A DNA stretch of 63,998 nucleotides, counting the filler, from Octopus bimaculoides (taxonomy: Eukaryota), in assembly GCF_001194135.2 (NCBI RefSeq). It is 4 parts of 4 records of this genome, joined end to end, with 100 filler letters (N's around TTAATTAATTAA, not from the genome) between each part and the next. Parts side by side here need not be neighbours in the genome. Positions count along the whole stretch, not along the records: positions 46,822 to 62,831 come from NC_068993.1; positions 62,932 to 63,998 come from NW_026436367.1; 2 more parts are not named here. The stretch is one strand, 5' to 3'. Of this stretch, positions 61,278 through 63,998 are shown in pieces (position 1 is the stretch's first letter; each line of letters starts with the position of its first letter). Both the position numbers and the translations under genes were made by a program. Under the pieces are notes generated by a model. The model saw nothing but the letters and a program-made list of their open reading frames with translations, made no database searches and had not been told where the DNA came from.

Positions 61278-62746
61278 CGAGAGAGAAGAGAGATAGAGGA
61301 GAGAGAAGAAGAATATACATAAGTGAAGGCAACGTGAGGACATAACAGATAAGTTTTCGAATAAAGAGTAATTTGAGAAAAAAATTCATAAATTTCAAAT
61401 GTCAGAAACTGAAATGTTTGTGGAAACGAAAATAGTCATTATGATAATATTGTTTCCAGTTGTTACTAATCGCTCGGGGAGCAAATAGATATGAAATTAC
61501 TGGAGACTAGAATATATTAATATATGCTTCTGTCTATTTGCTTTAATGTGTGGTTTCTAATGTAATTTATAGCCAGTTATCAACTTCTTCATTCTGAGAC
61601 TCGGTGTAATGCGGTAAGCCTTTATTGTAGTTCAGCTCCCACTTTGATATCATATATTATGCGAGTTCTGATCTTCAGACTTTATGTCACAGCTTACATT
61701 GTTACTTTATTCATTCATTCGCCTTCGAGTAAATGCAGGATTCGATTTCTAAGCTGTAAAGTATGAAAATAATTGCACATATCCTGCCATTTAGATGCAG
61801 GACAGTCGTTTTACATGTTATACTACCAGCTTTTATGACATCGCTGCTGTTTAATTCCCAGAGGAACAGGACAGAATTAATAAAACACTCGATTATTAAA
61901 AGGTAAATTTCAGAATCCGCTATTGGTATGCTTCGAAATTGAACAACACTTATTATCGAACGACTTCCTGTTTTCCTACATTATCTAGCTCAATTTCTCA
62001 AAAGTGTAGCAGGAAAATATTGTTGAAGTGATATCTCATAAAAGTAATTAACATTTATATCACGACTGGTTTTCAAAGTTCAAATTTCTTTCTACATCCA
62101 CTCTGTTCGATATACCCGAGATGACTTGTAATGATTATGACGACTATGGTTACGATAGTAAGAAGTCCTTTATTCTTTTTCGTTTGAGGCTGGTAGAATT
62201 TTGGTACCTAAGTCCTTCTCAGGAACACCGAAATGATGAGACAGAATAAGTTAATGCTCCTTTGGAACAGTTTAAAGATGATGTCTGCAAGAATATTATG
62301 TAATAACATGGACAAGGAAGAAATTCAAAATTCCAAAGTTCGGTGGAAGAAAGTTCGGATTGACCGAGCAGGGGCTTCGTATAGATACACTGTTTGTGTC
62401 ATAAGGAAAAGAAAACAGTGATTTGGGAATGCTCGATTGATCATTCGATAGGATAAGCTAATTCCGATAAGAAAAGGTGAATACTGTGTTGCAAATAGCA
62501 GAAGGGAGTGAAAAACGTTTGTAAATCAAAGGGTGGAATGTATTGTAGAGCTACTTTATTCCAGTCAATCTTTCGAGAAATAGGCAACTACAACATACAA
62601 GATTCGGGAACCTTTCTTCAATATAGTACTCCATTTAACTTCGTTGAGCGTTGAGGGTTTTTATAAACTGAAGTGAGTTGTCAGTTCGTACATAAATGTA
62701 GAACGTTGGAATGAGATCTCAACACCGCATTGGTGGATAAATAGTT

Positions 62747-62807
62747 TCTTTATTTGTGAATTAAGGCTACCATGAAACCAATGGTAGCCTCAATTCACAA
62801 ATAAAGA
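62747..62807. other. 61-bp near-perfect hairpin (27-bp arms, one mismatch, 7-nt loop)
   Basis: TCTTTATTTGTGAATTAAGGCTACCAT-GAAACCA-ATGGTAGCCTCAATTCACAAATAAAGA. Confidence 0.9.
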
Positions 62808-62931
62808 CTATATATATATATATATATATATNNNNNNNNNNNNNNNNNNNNNNNNNNNNNNNNNNNNNNNNNNNNTTAATTAATTAANNNNNNNNNNNNN
62901 NNNNNNNNNNNNNNNNNNNNNNNNNNNNNNN

Positions 62932-63998
62932 CCACCGGACAAGCCCTGATTAACAGGTAAGTCATGTCTGTTCACATTGGTCATGTCTGTTCGTGGCCTG
63001 TTGTCTAGCTGGAAGCAAGGACGCTTCCTAAATGACATCAGGTCAAGAAAATTAGATGTGATTATTGCAACGGAAACCCGAGTAAAGGGGCCAAGAGATC
63101 TGTCCATCCTCCTGAACGGCTATGAGAAATACGTTTCTCCGAGTCGGGCGGGAGGTGGGGGTGGAGTGTTGGTCCTACTAAAAAGAAACCGGGTAGCCGA
63201 GAAACAGTCGTTTTTTTTTCTGATCCAGAAGGCAGGCTGGTCGTTCTCGACCTGACATTCTGTTGTGGCAAGATAATCAGGCTAGTTGCTATTTATGCAC
63301 CCAACATTATGGGCCCGCAAAGTGAATATTTTCGTGACCTGGGCAAGTTCCTGGCCACGTCGCATTCGCTAGTATTGTTAGGAGACTTTAACACAATATG
63401 TGAGGCACACAGAGATTGTGTTGGCTCGAACACGAGTAGAAAATGTAACCCAGGCTTACGGGATCTGCTAAGTCACTTTCAGCTAGCAGATCCATATAGG
63501 ATGTGGTCAAATAGTGACGGGTCTTCCAAAACGTATCTAGATAGGATCTTAATTAGAGAAACAGATAAGTCCATAGCCGAGTGTCCACAATTTTTTCTAA
63601 TCAGCTACAGTGACCACAAGATGGTTACCTGTAAACTGACAATAGATAAGTTACATAGTCAGGGATCTGGCTACTGGAAACTCAATACGTCCCCCTTGGT
63701 GATTAAGGAATACAGAAAGCGGATCAAGATGTTAATACAAAGGGCATTGACAGGTACCATCATTAATAAAAAATGGTGGTATGCTCTAAAAAGAGCCATC
63801 AAATATGAGCCTATTAGGTTTAGCATAAGTTTAGCTAAGAAGGGATGTAGAATAGGAGATGGTTTAGTTAAGAAACTAAAAGAAGCCCGGAGGACTGGTA
63901 ATGTGGACCAAGTGAAGATGAAAAGACTGGAGTTAAACCAGCATCTTCAAGCCCAACACATGGGAAGTATTGCCAGAGCTAAGTTACGTGCGATGGGA
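62932..63998 (+). mobile_element. Tx1/L1-clade LINE ORF2 (APE and linker), running off the window end
   Basis: MSVRGLLSSWKQ...DVIIATETRV, DPEGRLVVLDL, LVAIYAPN, LLGDFNTI, YLDRILI, YSDHKMV, GSGYWKLNTS, WWYALKRAI. Frameshifted. Same family as the 27-37 kb copies. Confidence 0.9.

Noticed and set aside
62233-62640. Short ORFs in the non-repetitive 61.4-62.7 kb stretch as host exons
   Set aside because: All frames are interrupted by stops and no family is recognisable. A short exon cannot be excluded without transcript data.

Overview
This window is AT-rich, repeat-dominated eukaryotic DNA from a gapped assembly. It is almost certainly coleoid cephalopod and probably Octopus, inferred from the tRNA-derived SINE families and the TA/CA/TAA/GATA microsatellite load. 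I found no supportable host protein-coding exon, tRNA, rRNA or CRISPR array, and most ORFs in the supplied track are microsatellite or N-gap artefacts. The real coding signal is decayed transposons: (1) a head-to-tail stack of three Tx1/L1-clade LINEs at 27.4-37.1 kb, abutting a piggyBac that abuts a Tigger/pogo, plus a further Tx1-like ORF2 at the right edge; (2) two copies of a CR1-group LINE whose ORF1 carries a CCCH-type zinc finger; (3) two different Penelope-like (GIY-YIG) elements; (4) R4/Dong-like RLE fragments, an RTE fragment, two mariners, Helitron pieces, a probable solo LTR and many SINEs. The most notable observations are a near-complete type-I hammerhead ribozyme between 145-bp direct repeats (retrozyme-like, 57.4-58.0 kb), an inversion inside a LINE with a Penelope-matching 46-bp filler at its breakpoint (54.9 kb), and two stacked Tx1 copies that share the same 5' breakpoint. 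All protein-family calls come from motifs read by eye. No database searches were run, and element boundaries are approximate unless exact junctions are given.
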